A stretch of DNA of 64,000 nt from Antedon mediterranea (taxonomy: Eukaryota > Animalia > Echinodermata). Shown here piece after piece: positions 41,465-53,985 of the stretch. Every line of letters begins with the position of its first letter. Position 1 is the first letter of the stretch. Location of the stretch: the NCBI RefSeq assembly GCF_964355755.1, contig NC_092671.1, forward strand, positions 248,001-312,000, given 5' to 3'. Under the pieces are notes generated by a model. The model saw only the letters and a program-made list of their open reading frames with translations, had not been told where the DNA came from and searched no databases. The position numbers and the translations under genes are program-made.

Positions 41465-44400
41465 AGAGGATGGGCATATGTAGTATAACCTAAAGGATAT
41501 ATCACAGGCAATACTAATAAGTTGTCAGACGTTGTGTCTCTTCGTGTTGTGATTGACGAAGTAGGCCATGTTAGTATAGAAGGATTATTTTGTCAATAAC
41601 TGCACCTGTATCTCCACCTAAACTCAATATCGGAAATAAAAACGTTGAGGCAATTACATTATGGTTCATTAGTGAGGGGGAGGTTCTGTTTTCCCATTAA
41701 GCATGCGGTATCAGTTAACATTTCTGTTATATTTATAATTAATTAAACAAATAAATAGGCGCCATATCTTTGATGAAACTTTGATTGATCAACATTATGC
41801 AACAATTTAAACCACATTTTACGATATCGATTTTAGGTCGTTCATTAAATGAAGTGAAGGAGAGCACAACACAAATAAATACAATAATTAGCAATATTTG
41901 ATTTTGTACCCACTTTTAAAAATGAATTCCAGTTCAATACACCACACCATTTTTGGGGCTTTTTTAAAATTTAGTAACATAATGAATAATGTTTATAATA
42001 ATGATTTCTATCGTATGTATCTATCACCGTCGATATGTATATGATTTACTGCGTTCTAGCGCCATGTTTCCACGTTTTTAATCTACTGAAAAATGACATT
42101 ATAACAGCTGTAATGTCATCTTATTCGTATTTCGTTGGTGATATGTTGTATTTCATTGCAGAAAATGGGTTAATAATGTGTTTCATCAAGATTTCCCGCA
42201 GCAATGTTCTTAAACCGATTATGTTCATCATGTACACGTCACGTTATCATTACAACTAATCTCGCCCTAGAATCACTGATATTTAGCGTAGCAGCACTGG
42301 GCGTGCGCAGTATGTACCATGACTTTAACCATGGCAACCTAGTGAAATCTTTTGAGCTCGCTGTTCTCTCGATGAAATCTGTTTGGTTTTCTGTTTGTTA
42401 TTGGCTCACTATGGAATGTCAAATTGACTAAATCTTATTAAATATAGGCCCTAACACTAATTTAACCTGAGAATGATTATATTGAATTAATAATGACGTC
42501 ATACTTAATTACCATCATCATTATCATTATTGTATTCTTGAATGGCGACCATGTAAATTTCCTGTGAAGAATTAAATACAGTGTATCTGTATGTAACAAA
42601 ATTATTTGTAATTATAATTCCTCGTTCATCTATTTCTGACTCGCTTGACCCTTCAAAGTTGATCACTTATCTCGATGTGTTGTTACAGGATGTGCGATAA
42701 CTCAAGTCATGTTTACTCAGACCCTTGTTTGTAAGTCAGTTTAACGATGCTATCAGCATCATCACATCCCCGTGGGGTAGAACTTGTTAACATTTTATCT
42801 AATTATTACTATATTGTAATATTAATCTTAATTTAGATATTAATGTAATTCCTTCAGATATCTTCCCTTGCTTGTTCTTTACATTGTAGGCCTGATTTGT
42901 ACCCCATTGTTGTTGGAATTCAAATCATTATCTTTCTCTTTCTCAGGCACCATACACTAAATGCTATCATTTATGTCGTCATTACCATTTATCTCCTTCT
43001 GTAGCTTATCTATACATTTGAATGTTAAGAACACACGACACGTTCTCATTATTTTCTAGGTGTTAATTATAATAGAAAATTCGAAATAGCATGAGGCTGT
43101 ACTTGTGCTTTATGACGTCCACCATAGGAATTCTGTTTAATGTTTTGTTTAGAGTTATATTATATCCTGTATATCGTATTTAAGCACTTTAATTCTACCC
43201 TTGAGGAAATACAGTAATATTTTGAACAGGTACAATGATTACAATGAATCATTACATTATGATTTACACCGACACCTTGCCTAGGTTGTCTCTTATAACT
43301 TATAACACATTTTCCCATTGCGCGAGAAATGAGTTGTAAACTTAACCCTAATTGACCGGTACGTCGTAAACCATTTTAGAAGTATTATAAAGAATGTATA
43401 ATTTCGTATAGTATTAATGCAAGTTCAACGCTGGAATACAAATTATTCTTACGAATTAATTTATTAATTACGTCAAGGAATGCGCTCCATCATTGTCAGA
43501 ATATGGCGGTAAAATAGTCATGATGACCGCTAGCCTAGTTCTCGATGTGCGTTTGTAAACAAAATACTAATTATAGCACGCCATAATAATGATGATAATT
43601 GTATTTTGGAGTTTACACGTCAGGCTATTAATTCACAAGAGGACACTTTTGACTGATAAGAAGCAAGAAAATAAATTATTAGTTTGAAATAATTAAACGT
43701 TATTTTTATTAAAATTAAACTGACAAAAATATGAATGATGACCAATACATACTAGACATTTTATTTTATCATTAACAGCTGGATACGAACTAGAACGCCA
43801 TTCCCATGAAATTGTTCGACCATGAAAGGTGTCTTTAGAGAATAGACCCACAATTCAACTATTTTATAAATATAGGCTATTTTTGTTGAGAGTTTGTGAC
43901 TCCCTCCATCATACCGTTAATAATATTAATAATTTATTTTCAAATAGATTATCTTGGTTTCAAATGGATGTTTTGGTAAACTTAATGCTATTGTATTACC
44001 CTACTTCACATTGGTTTTAAACAAAGTAATATAACTAGATTTTAATTAGTCACTTTGCCGAGTTGTTGGTTACCCGCACGACAAACGTAACGTACAAAAT
44101 GCGCAAAGAAAAAGATTATGTCATTATGACCTGAAGAACATATGCTGTTGTTGCTGAATTCTGTCTATTAACAATAATGAAAACAAAAAGTAAAGGTATA
44201 TAGATAATAATTATACATACCTGCATCATTAAAAAAAAAACCTGCTTTGTGTGAACGATAGAGGACAGCAGATAAGTCAGCGACTGGTGTGAGTGGCGAT
44301 TGCAGTACAAAATATTTATTTAATGAAATGTTTATATTTGTTGCATTTGTCTTTATCTTAGTGTTACACTGTCTGTTTTTACATTTTAGGATATTTTATT

Positions 44401-44580
44401 GTTTGAGTGTTTATTTTTGGTGTTTTTGTACGTGACAACCAAGACACTTCTCGAGCCAGCCACAATTTGATTGAATACTTGAAACTGTATTTTACCTTGT
44501 TCAGTTCCACTTCTTTTCTCTGCTAGTTTAGGTTTATATTGTAATTCTAATAATCTAATATCTCTCATTAGCCTTATTTT

Positions 44581-45615
44581 TCCCGAAAGCTTGGCACTTC
44601 TGGTTGTTTTAATTTATGGTTTGATTTAGCTTTTCTCCATTGAGGTCCGGCCCGCGATTTTTTTTTTCGTACATAAGTTGGGGACCCCCCTCATGAAACG
44701 TCACAAAATAAACATGAATAATTCATCAGTTAAATTTGTTGTTCCGTGTGCACCCAAGCGTATAGCAACAAGAAGTGATCTGATTACACAACAACCGCGA
44801 TACGATTCTTTCTACAATAGGCCTAGGATTCTAGGTCAATTCACGTGATTGCCTTCGCGCACCTCTTCTTCACACACACGTCCACTATGCAAAATGTGTC
44901 GAGGCTAATCGACAGCTAGGCAAGACATTAAACTAAGTAGTAATTGGACATAGCCCAAAGAAAGCTTAGACCCACAAGAATAAAGAATGTGTATAATTTG
45001 TGTACTGTAATTTTTTAATTCTGCTATTTTATTATCAAACAATATGCATGTACTCAAAGGAACTTTAAAAATGCGCGTATATGAACACATGAGATGGGAA
45101 GATTAGACCCACGAGAATAAAAAATGTATTTTTGTGTAATGTTTATTGTTTAATTTTGCTGACTTATTACTCGGACTGTGTCATACCTAACTAACACACA
45201 CGTCACACACACCAACACAGCTACTACTAGAATAGACATGGGTTTAGAGACTAGTAATTAGGCCTAATAGTATCATTAGAAAGTATAATTTTAACACGTA
45301 ATTCTTTAGTAATAAATTATATTAAAAACACCATAAACTAAAGGCTGATTATTTCGACAATCCACACAAAACGCCGCTATTCTATTATGAAATAATCGCA
45401 CGCGGCAACCACAGCGGAGATAGGCCTAGAATCGTACCGCACTTGTGTAAACTGTAATCACTTCGCTATACGCTTGGGTGCACACGGAACAAGAAAATTT
45501 AACTGATGAATTATTCATGTATATTTTGTGACGTTTCATGAGGGGGTCCCCAACTTATGTACGAAAAAAAAAATCGCGTCCGGCCCTGATACATACAGCG
45601 TCATTTCAGTATTTG
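44581..45615 (+). mobile_element. Diverged, 5'-truncated second copy of the Penelope-type unit, split by a MULE MITE
   Basis: 44582-44653 (cccgaaagct...tttgatttagcttttc...cattgaggtccggccc) and 45587-45615 (tgatacatacagcgtcatttcagtattt) align to 3021-3150. Confidence 0.7.
44654..45577. mobile_element. Mutator/MULE-like MITE (924 bp)
   Basis: Near-perfect ~113-bp TIRs (gcgattttttttttcgtacataagttggggaccccc...cccaagcgtatagc). Perfect 9-bp TSD gtccggccc at 44645-44653 and 45578-45586. Confidence 0.9.
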
Positions 45616-46223
45616 AGTTTGGATGTATACAATACATATACGGTCATGTCAATGATCATATTTTGTAAAATAATGATTTATATGATTCAACTTCTCTACT
45701 TTAAATCCCCTTGTCGACTAATGTAACTCGTATGTGTAGGTATTTAAAAAGTGTATTCGGAGACAGATCTGATAACAAACGTGGGATTGCAATGTTCTGC
45801 AATCAGGGACATTGGTTAATGCTACCGTATGAATGCTGTAATTTCTGTATGTTTTAAATATTGAGATAATATCGGTCTATCGATAAGCCCCTTTCACATG
45901 ATTCATAGGTCTTACTTGGTAGGTTTTATCATCACGTTCACACTGACTATTAATGCGAATGTCGATTTACTTAGTGTTACTTGATATAGTCCGTATAGCT
46001 TTAGGATGAAGTTCTGTAATTTCCCAAGAGGAAGCTGGATTTTTTACTTTGGTATTCCAGAAATTCTTGAGAAAACGCGTTTGACCGTTTTATAGTTTCC
46101 GCTGATCAACTTGCCACCTTTATACATCATTTCACATCCAAGACTTCTCAAGACGACTCAACTATGATCTCAAAATAACTATATCTTCAGAAAAATGTAT
46201 CATAGAATGTATTTCCTGAATAA

Positions 46224-46225
<2 letters not shown>

Positions 46226-46267
<42 letters not shown>
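46226..46267 (+). repeat. (TC)n microsatellite
   Basis: About 21 perfect TC units. Confidence 0.97.
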
Positions 46268-46271
<4 letters not shown>

Positions 46272-47632
46272 TATTATTTAAAACCCATTCAGAAGGCCTA
46301 ATACCAATTCCATTTTCGAATCCAATATTATTTTATAAAATTTCATTCAAGCAGACACATTATCTGCCGTACGCCATGACTCTTCGTATTGAAGATAGTA
46401 AAACTGTTCTTATGTTCTTATGTATGCTATCCCCGTATTCTGTCATTTAAGCAAAAGGAATACTTCATTTATTGAAAATATCACTTGCCTCCTTGGCTTT
46501 TTTACAACTTTCACTCACTATCCTGCATGAGATCGTAAAGTACGTGATATCGTGTTTTAGGATAGAATAACATTTTATAACTACCTGTAATACTAAATCG
46601 AATGAACGAATGTAAGAATCTTTATATAGTGTTTTTCTATGAGAGTATAGAAACTTAACGGTCATAACGTTATAGATTTTTCTATATTATTATTTTGAAT
46701 TAAACATTCAAAATGTGTTTTAGGCCTATATGGTCTTTAGCTTATTGATGATCCTGTAAATAATAAACCATGGAATTACTAAATAAAACGCACGTGAAGA
46801 TTTTGACGCGAACGCTCAGAAGGATACATTGTGCGCGCGCGATAACGCGTATCTTCCTTTGCGTAAACGTAAGTAACGCGAGTACTCATTACTTCTTCCA
46901 ACATAGAAGTCTTTAGCAGGTGAATTAAACTGTCAATCTTCTTCCTGGGGTTTAGTTCTTTTAGAATGGACTGTTTATATAATATTAATATGCGAGGCGT
47001 CCTGTTAAGTTGATAAACAGACGGATGGGTCAATAGTCCAAACAAAGTAGGTTACATTGAAAACATAATACAAATTCCATAGGCAATAAATAATTGCGTA
47101 ATATGTAGATATAATGTCAACGCGGTACAGTAAACGACTCATTAATCTATCGAAACAAACATAATTACTGCACTTGATCAACCGATTGAACAGGCCTACA
47201 TCATAATTGTTTCATCATTTGTCCACTTCAAACTAGAATAGAAATGTTTGATTTTACCGTAATCACCACAAATTACGACAATGCAAAAATTAAAATATTT
47301 TGTTGTCGAATTACCGCTTATAATGCCTTAGGAAAAACATGTCGGTAATATAAACATTACTTTGAACATTCTGCAACATCTGTATGATTCTGAATTAGGA
47401 ATTTGATTTAATTTAGAATTTCAAAAGTTTTACAATAAAGGTAAATTATGCTATACCTACTATGACGAGTAGATATATGCGATTGATTTAGTTTAACTTA
47501 AACTATAATGCATGCCGATGCATTTGTATTGCCACGTTATAATACATTAGGAATACTCTACATGTTTTATTCATGGATACACAGAGACAAAATATGATAT
47601 CTAGTTATGCATAAGAATTATCCCCTCTCTAC

Positions 47633-47660
47633 CTAGCTAGCTAGCTAGCTAGCTAGCTAT
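47633..47660. repeat. (CTAG)n microsatellite
   Basis: ctagctagctagctagctagctagcta. Confidence 0.9.
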
Positions 47661-50346
47661 AGCTCGCTCACTCACTGATAACTACAAAAAGCAATCAGAT
47701 TGGAACTACTTTATCATGGGTTGTTTTATGCGAATCGTAATTATTTTTTTTCTTTTAAAATATACCGGCCTACATTTTGGTTACCCATTCATGTTTCTTG
47801 CTTGTATTCTCTTCGACATAGTTTGGAATGTTGTGTTTTTTTCCAGCAGCGCTCCTTTGAATGCTTTAGACCTCCTCACAATACAATACGGTGTGTTCGT
47901 ATTCTATTTCGCCAGACAATTTAGCATAATCATTATATAAAAGCTCTTAATTAGGTAACGTCTAGGAAATAATCTAATCTGTATGCATTATTATAAGTAA
48001 CTAAGACTGAATTTCTGAACAATTTATCAACAATACGCTGATCAATTTGTCTGATACATATTGATCACTAAAAATAGTTTTGAGAAACTGACATCACGTC
48101 AACTACCTCCACGATTGACCTCAATTGACCCGGACAATTTGCCTATATATATTTAGTTATAAAATGATTAACGAACTAGGTTCGCATGATAATACAAGAC
48201 GGCTGAACTAGCTTTCGGGTGAACTTGAAATTGTATAGAAAACTTGTTTGATTTATTCGTTATATCGCATAAATATTCGTCAATTCTATGTATATTATGT
48301 TAATTCCGTCTTGTGTTTTAGTACCCTGTAGTGCTTTCAGTAGTTGTATTTTCGATATAAAACTGAAAACAATATATATGTTCTGTTTATTGAAGATTAC
48401 TTTCGATTCGGTAACTAGTCGTTTTTGCGATTGTCGTAGAGGGCGCAGAGCATATATTTTTAGATTCGAATTAGAATCTGGCCAGGAGTTACAATTTAAG
48501 TGGATATTCTAATCAAGATAATACAAATTACCCATATAAATTAGTAAAATTACATAATTTAAGCATAATTATAATTATGTTTTTCTCATTTTGGCTTCAC
48601 AAAATTGGGACAAGCTCTCATGACAGGGTTGGAGAAAGCCATTGGAGAAATTGTTGTTTTCAGATGAACATGTTTATCCTGAGCTTAGCGGCCACATTCT
48701 GAATTAAGTACGACTAAATATAGTGATGTAACCTGTGTGTTATCTCATCACTTTCCGCGCAATGTTTTTTTTTTTTTGTGATGAAAATAAAGATTCATCA
48801 CTTTGTTTATAATAATATTGCCAAATAGGTATATGTCATGTTGAGTTTAAATACAATTCATTAGAACTCATTACTGTTTATTGTTTGATCGATGAGTAGC
48901 CACTAACGGGAATTTCATTATAACATTGTGGCGTAACGCGACGAACAAAAGATAAAAGATTACATTACAGTCATTATGGCCATGTTTATGTATCCATAAA
49001 GCAGTTGAACTAAGCACCACTTCTGCAAATTAACTCATGACCTTGTTAGCGTTATTATTAAGATACCAATATAATAGAATTCTAATAAAGATTGTGAAGT
49101 TATATGCCTACGTACTGATGATGTGTTTTGGAATTCTTGAGTCATACAAGTTAACCTCGAGACACTTCTTAAGCATGGTCATGAAAGATTCAAACATAAA
49201 ATGTTATTGATTAATCATTCTTTTCGAGAATTAAAGTGGAGCTACACCCAGAAAATTGCTATTTTTCATACATTTCAACTATTATTTAAAAGTATCATCC
49301 TTCATACTTCATATTTTGTTGAAATTTTTTTCAATGACTATGATTTTCTTGAAAATCACCCCTTTTTGTGTTTTTGGGGGAATACCTTGTAAATTCCTAT
49401 TCTTTTACATGCACAAGAGGGGTATATTTGAATAATCATAACAAATTAATTTCTTCACTAAAAATAAAATTTAAATGTTTTTTAACGTAATGTTTCCAGA
49501 TCTTTCTATTTCTGGTATTTTTATCGCGTATACATTGCGCAATTTGGCGTAAATAGACACTTCTTAATACCCCCCCCCCCCTCCACCCCCACAACGAGGG
49601 GGCTATATATTCAATAAAGCTAGGCCTACTAGAGTCTAGGCCTAGTAGGTATATGTACCGATGCTGCTTGGCCTCTAGCTAGGCTGATAGCCTTACAGCA
49701 GTGAAGTTTGTTCTGGCACCCAACCTCGGCCTACCCATGGGCCATGATAGGGTGCCTGAATAGTTGCTTTTCAGTCAGGCTAAGCTTCCACATCCCTCTT
49801 TACTATTCTGAGCAATACCAGTCTTGTTTTGTAGAGGATTTTGTGTTTCACAATTCTTAATGTGCGAGAAAACCCAGGAACGATAATGGGGGCGGAACGA
49901 CCAAGCATTTTCGAACCCATGAATACATAGGTCTAGACATGAATTCAAGCCTAGCTAGCTAGGCTGAGTAGAAGGCTTAGCTAGGCCTAGCTTAAAATTA
50001 ATAGGCAATTTGATTAAGATTGTTATGCTGTTGTTGTACAGTGCAAATCATGATGTTACATGTTAATTACATTTTCATCGGAATATTACTTGGGCCTAAA
50101 CAAATCGTATCAATTGTGTATATAAAATGTATTCGCTATTTTTCGACAAATAATTTACCAAAAAGAGGAGACATTTCACCAACGCGTTCACCGGCGACTA
50201 AAACGCGTCAGTCTGTAAGTGTAACACGTTTCGCGACGTATTAATAATAAATAATTTATTAGGAAATGACACCTTTGCATCGGTGGCACACACAGAAGTG
50301 GTGCATCCAATTTAACATAATACATCAAAACAATACATTCTATGAC

Positions 50347-50879
50347 GGGTGTCACGAAACCTAAGACCACGAAAGCTAAGACCCCCTAAGACCTAAGATC
50401 ACGAAAGCTAAGACCCAAGAACTAAGATTACAAATATTTATCTTTCGCACCTGCCTTGTATTTTAACTCCCAACATGAATATGAATACCACACCTTAGAA
50501 TTAGCACTTTTATGAAAAAGAATCACATAAAAAGTAACAAATACATTTTTAAATTGATGATTTTACAGACGTTTTTCTCGCACACATACTGTTTGCGAAT
50601 TTCGCATGACTAGCCTAACAGTACAGTAGGCCTACCCCATGTTCAATGTTTTTGTTTCTATGGAACGTCAAAAGAGCTGAAAACTCTGTGGAGACCATCT
50701 ACAGTGTGGATGGAACAATGTAAAATAAAAATTGTAATGATAATAGTAATAGTATATAAATCATGCTAGTACGAAGAAATAAATACTCGCAAATAAAATT
50801 TAATTTAAAAATCATGATAATATTAGTTTTTAGTCGCGTGGAAGCGACTCTATAGTTCACTATGTCGGTCGGTTGGTCG

Positions 50880-50914
<35 letters not shown>

Positions 50915-52215
50915 GGTCTGTCTGTCGGTCCGGTATCACTATGCGTTTTATCGCTTTCTGACCTTATCTTGATATCAGTTTAATCTAGCTAAGTCAATTT
51001 TTCACAGAATATTCCTTAAGGCCAGGAATCGATGTGGTTATGTTTTCACGGTGCGCAATAAAAAATTACGCGGTCTACGCACGATTTAACGAAATCACGT
51101 TTGTAATCATATCTTAACAACCATGAATCACAATTAAATAAAATTTGGTACTAATAAATCTCAGGGCATAAATCATCAAATGGCAATACAATTACGTGCG
51201 TAGCGCATGTAACGCATGCGTACGCGCGCTTAACATTTTCAAAATTTATTTTCGATGAAATAAGAGTACATTTCAGGCAATTTTAAGCGTTTACAAAATT
51301 GCCATGAGTGCGCATATTTTTGCGCGCGCACTGCGCGTTAAATGTTATTGCGCATTCTTTTTGCCCGATTTCTGTTTTCTTGACTTACTTTTCAACTCGA
51401 AATTACGTTATACGAGCACGTCGAAAGTGACAGGCTACGCACGTGTAAATTAAAAAAATATTAATGTTTTTAAACATTTCAACATTTTTAAACATGTTCA
51501 GTAATTTCGGTCAGTATAGTTCACTATGTCGGTCGGTCTGTCTGTCTGTCTGTCGGTCTGTCTGTCGGTCTGTCTGTCCGGTATCACTATGCATTGTAGC
51601 ACGCGACTTAATGGCTGTTGGCCTTGTTTTGTTTCGTTTTCTTTCTGTTTTTATACTTCTACTATTATTGTTGCCCTTTTGGCGCTCCATAGAAACAAAA
51701 ACATTGAGCATGAGGAGTTACAGTATACAAAGAAACACGTCTGTAAAATCATCAATTTAAAGGATTTATTTATTTGTTTTTATGTGTTTCTCATTCTGAA
51801 AGTACTTATAAGTCCTAATTTTAAAGTGTGGTATTCAGGATAAAGTTAGTTAACACATTTGGAGTCAAAATACAAGAAAGGCAGGTGCGAAAGAAAAACA
51901 TCCTCTGAACCAACACAATGGAGTAAATATATACTAACAAACAACCCGTCAAGTTTGTTTGTTGTAAAGAAAAAATATACATTTACTCAACGGGCGAAAA
52001 TAACGTGAGTTTATTTATGTTTTGCGGTAGTATTTAATTATATTTATGGTAATAAATGAAATCTACTATGTTTAAAATTATGTATGGATAAACAAGTATT
52101 GTTTTTAAGCTGTAGTATATCTTAGAATTTGTAATCTTAGTTCTTGGGTCTTAGCTTTCGTGATCTTAGGTCTTAGGGGATCTTAGCTTTCGTGGTCTTA
52201 GGTTTCGTGACACCC
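50347..52215. mobile_element. MULE-like MITE nested in the Kolobok element
   Basis: ~88-bp TIRs (gggtgtcacgaaacctaagaccacgaaagctaagac...aagattacaaa) built from ctaagac subrepeats. 10-bp TSD attctatgac / attatatgac (1 mismatch). A second internal inverted repeat lies at ~50441-50470 / 51861-51894. Confidence 0.88.
50827..51626 (+). mobile_element. Helentron-associated (HINE/DINE-1-like) element nested in the MULE MITE
   Basis: T-run flanks without a TSD. Subterminal inverted repeat agtcgcgtg (50832) / cacgcgact (51600), 5' hairpin agtcgc-gtggaa-gcgact, and (GTCT/GTCG)n microsatellite blocks at both ends. Confidence 0.8.
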
Positions 52216-53513
52216 ATTATATGACGGATACAGGTTCTTAAACTATTTGCAAAAATATAAAATAAAAATCATTACCAACATGGTAATATAGGTACTGTAT
52301 TAAATTGTCCTACAGTATCATAGGTTTGAGTTGATAAAGAGGTATATAAAAATAAACATAAAATATAGTAAAGAGTTTACATTACAAACCATTGTGTTTC
52401 AAAATCAGGTACTGATTGACGTATTGTAAACTAATAACCCCTAAGTTACTGAAAAAGTGTAATGTACTAAAAAACACTATTTTTTGACCGATTTTTTAGA
52501 AATTAGTTTTTGGAAAATGTTGTCATTTTTTGCCAGTTTTTGTTATGTAACCACTTTCAATTAAACATACTTTAAACATAATATAAGCTTGAGAAAGTCT
52601 GAGTGTAGCTCCACTTTAACACCAGCATATAAAGAAATAAAGAAAGCACTCAAACAAACAACTCTAACAACGATGGGGTCAATTATGAGTAAGGTGATTA
52701 TTGTCCAGCAGACAGAAGGTATCTCAGTGATATTGGTTTGATTGTGTGGTGATGATACTAGCCAATGGTAAACCTATTAGTGTCGCATGTTTACTGAATC
52801 TAAGGGCATGAAGTAGTACATATGATATGACAGGGTATAGAGTATGAATCTAATTGTTTCATGTCTTTGAATTTATAGAGATATACTTTACAACATTGTA
52901 TTTGTCAGGCAAGATTGGTTTAAACTCGTATAGCGGACTTCATAACTTTTTTACAGTACTCAATCTATATTTAGCTTCATTCATTATGTTGGCCACATGA
53001 GTGAACCCACTTGATTGATTCAATATCCATCCATTGGTCGGTTATGTCCACTCAATTGTCCACTGTAGACGCATACGCACGAGGATGATGTTGTAATTAA
53101 TACTATTCGGTTTTAATTTCGTAATTTGCCTCGTTGAATAGTCAATAAGCACGCTATATTTTTTAGACTTAAATGTCGATTCTATTCTGTGTTATAATAA
53201 TTATTGAGAATGTACACTGAAATGACACAAGTACTGAAAACTGTTTTGATAATTCAAAATCATCATCATGTTATATCAATTAGAATTAGCAGATACAATA
53301 CATTATATATATAAGTATTTATAAAAGAAACAAAGAACCAGATGTATGGTAGATGTAGTTTAAATAATGTAACTATAAATAGTATTAGTTTATTATTATC
53401 ATCATCATCATCATACAATACCAATAACCAACGGTACCTTGGCAGCAATTAAGCTATACAGCATTTTGGAAGTATAACAACTATATAACAAGTATATTCT
53501 TTATTGCTTTCAG

Positions 53514-53815
53514 TCGTGGTAATGTGTGCTAACAACGATGCCATTCGTGCCATAATGCTAAAGGCACATGAGATGGGTATGACGACAGGAGAATACGCGT
53601 TTTTCAACATCCAACTATTTGACAGTGACTACTTCGGTGATTCCGGTTGGAAACGAGGTGATAGTCGTGACGAAGAAGCTAAAGAAGCTTATAAAGCAAT
53701 GATGACCCTTACCTTAAGGAAGCCAACCTCTCCAGAATACATGGACTTTTCTACAAAAGTTAAGGAACATGCTTTGACTCAATATGGATACAGTTTTGAG
53801 AAGCACAATCAAGAG
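53514..53815 (+). CDS. NPR1-like: Natriuretic peptide receptor / receptor guanylyl cyclase family, coding exon 2 (ligand-binding domain)
   Basis: Acceptor tttcag| and donor GAG|gtatat. Translates (V)VVMCANNDAIRAIMLKAHEMGMTTGEYAFFNIQLFDSDYFGDSGWKRGDSRDEEAKEAY..., matching NPR-family motifs such as VVIMCAS.D.IR.IML.AH..GMT.GDYAFFNIELF...WKRGD..D.EAK.AY. Phase is compatible with exon 1. Confidence 0.93.
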
Positions 53816-53856
53816 GTATATTTGTGTTTATTATTGTAATTACTGTCATTCATATT

Positions 53857-53985
53857 AAGCCAGGACGTAACGCAACGCAAAGTGATTTGACCAATCTCAA
53901 CCGATGGATTATTCGAACAGTCGTGTGTGATTGGTCAACTCGCTTGCGTTGCGTCTACGTCCTTGCGTCCTAGTGGAAACCAAGC
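53857..53985. mobile_element. Short palindromic MITE-like element, copy 1
   Basis: aggacgta-acgcaacgcaa..ttgaccaatc / gattggtcaa..ttgcgttgcgt-c-tacgtcct forms a long hairpin. A related copy lies at 61122-61280. Confidence 0.7.

Larger units (their letters stand above)
49235..52615. mobile_element. Non-autonomous Kolobok-type DNA transposon
   Basis: TTAA on both sides (49231-49234 and 52616-52619). TIR agtggagctacac(c/t)caga with AG...CT termini. Confidence 0.85.
23148..53513 (+). other. Intron between NPR-like coding exons 1 and 2 (30,366 bp, phase 1)
   Basis: gtaagc ... ttctttattgctttcag. Joining gives SKSR-V-VVMCA, collinear with the NPR family, so no exon is missing. Confidence 0.88.
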
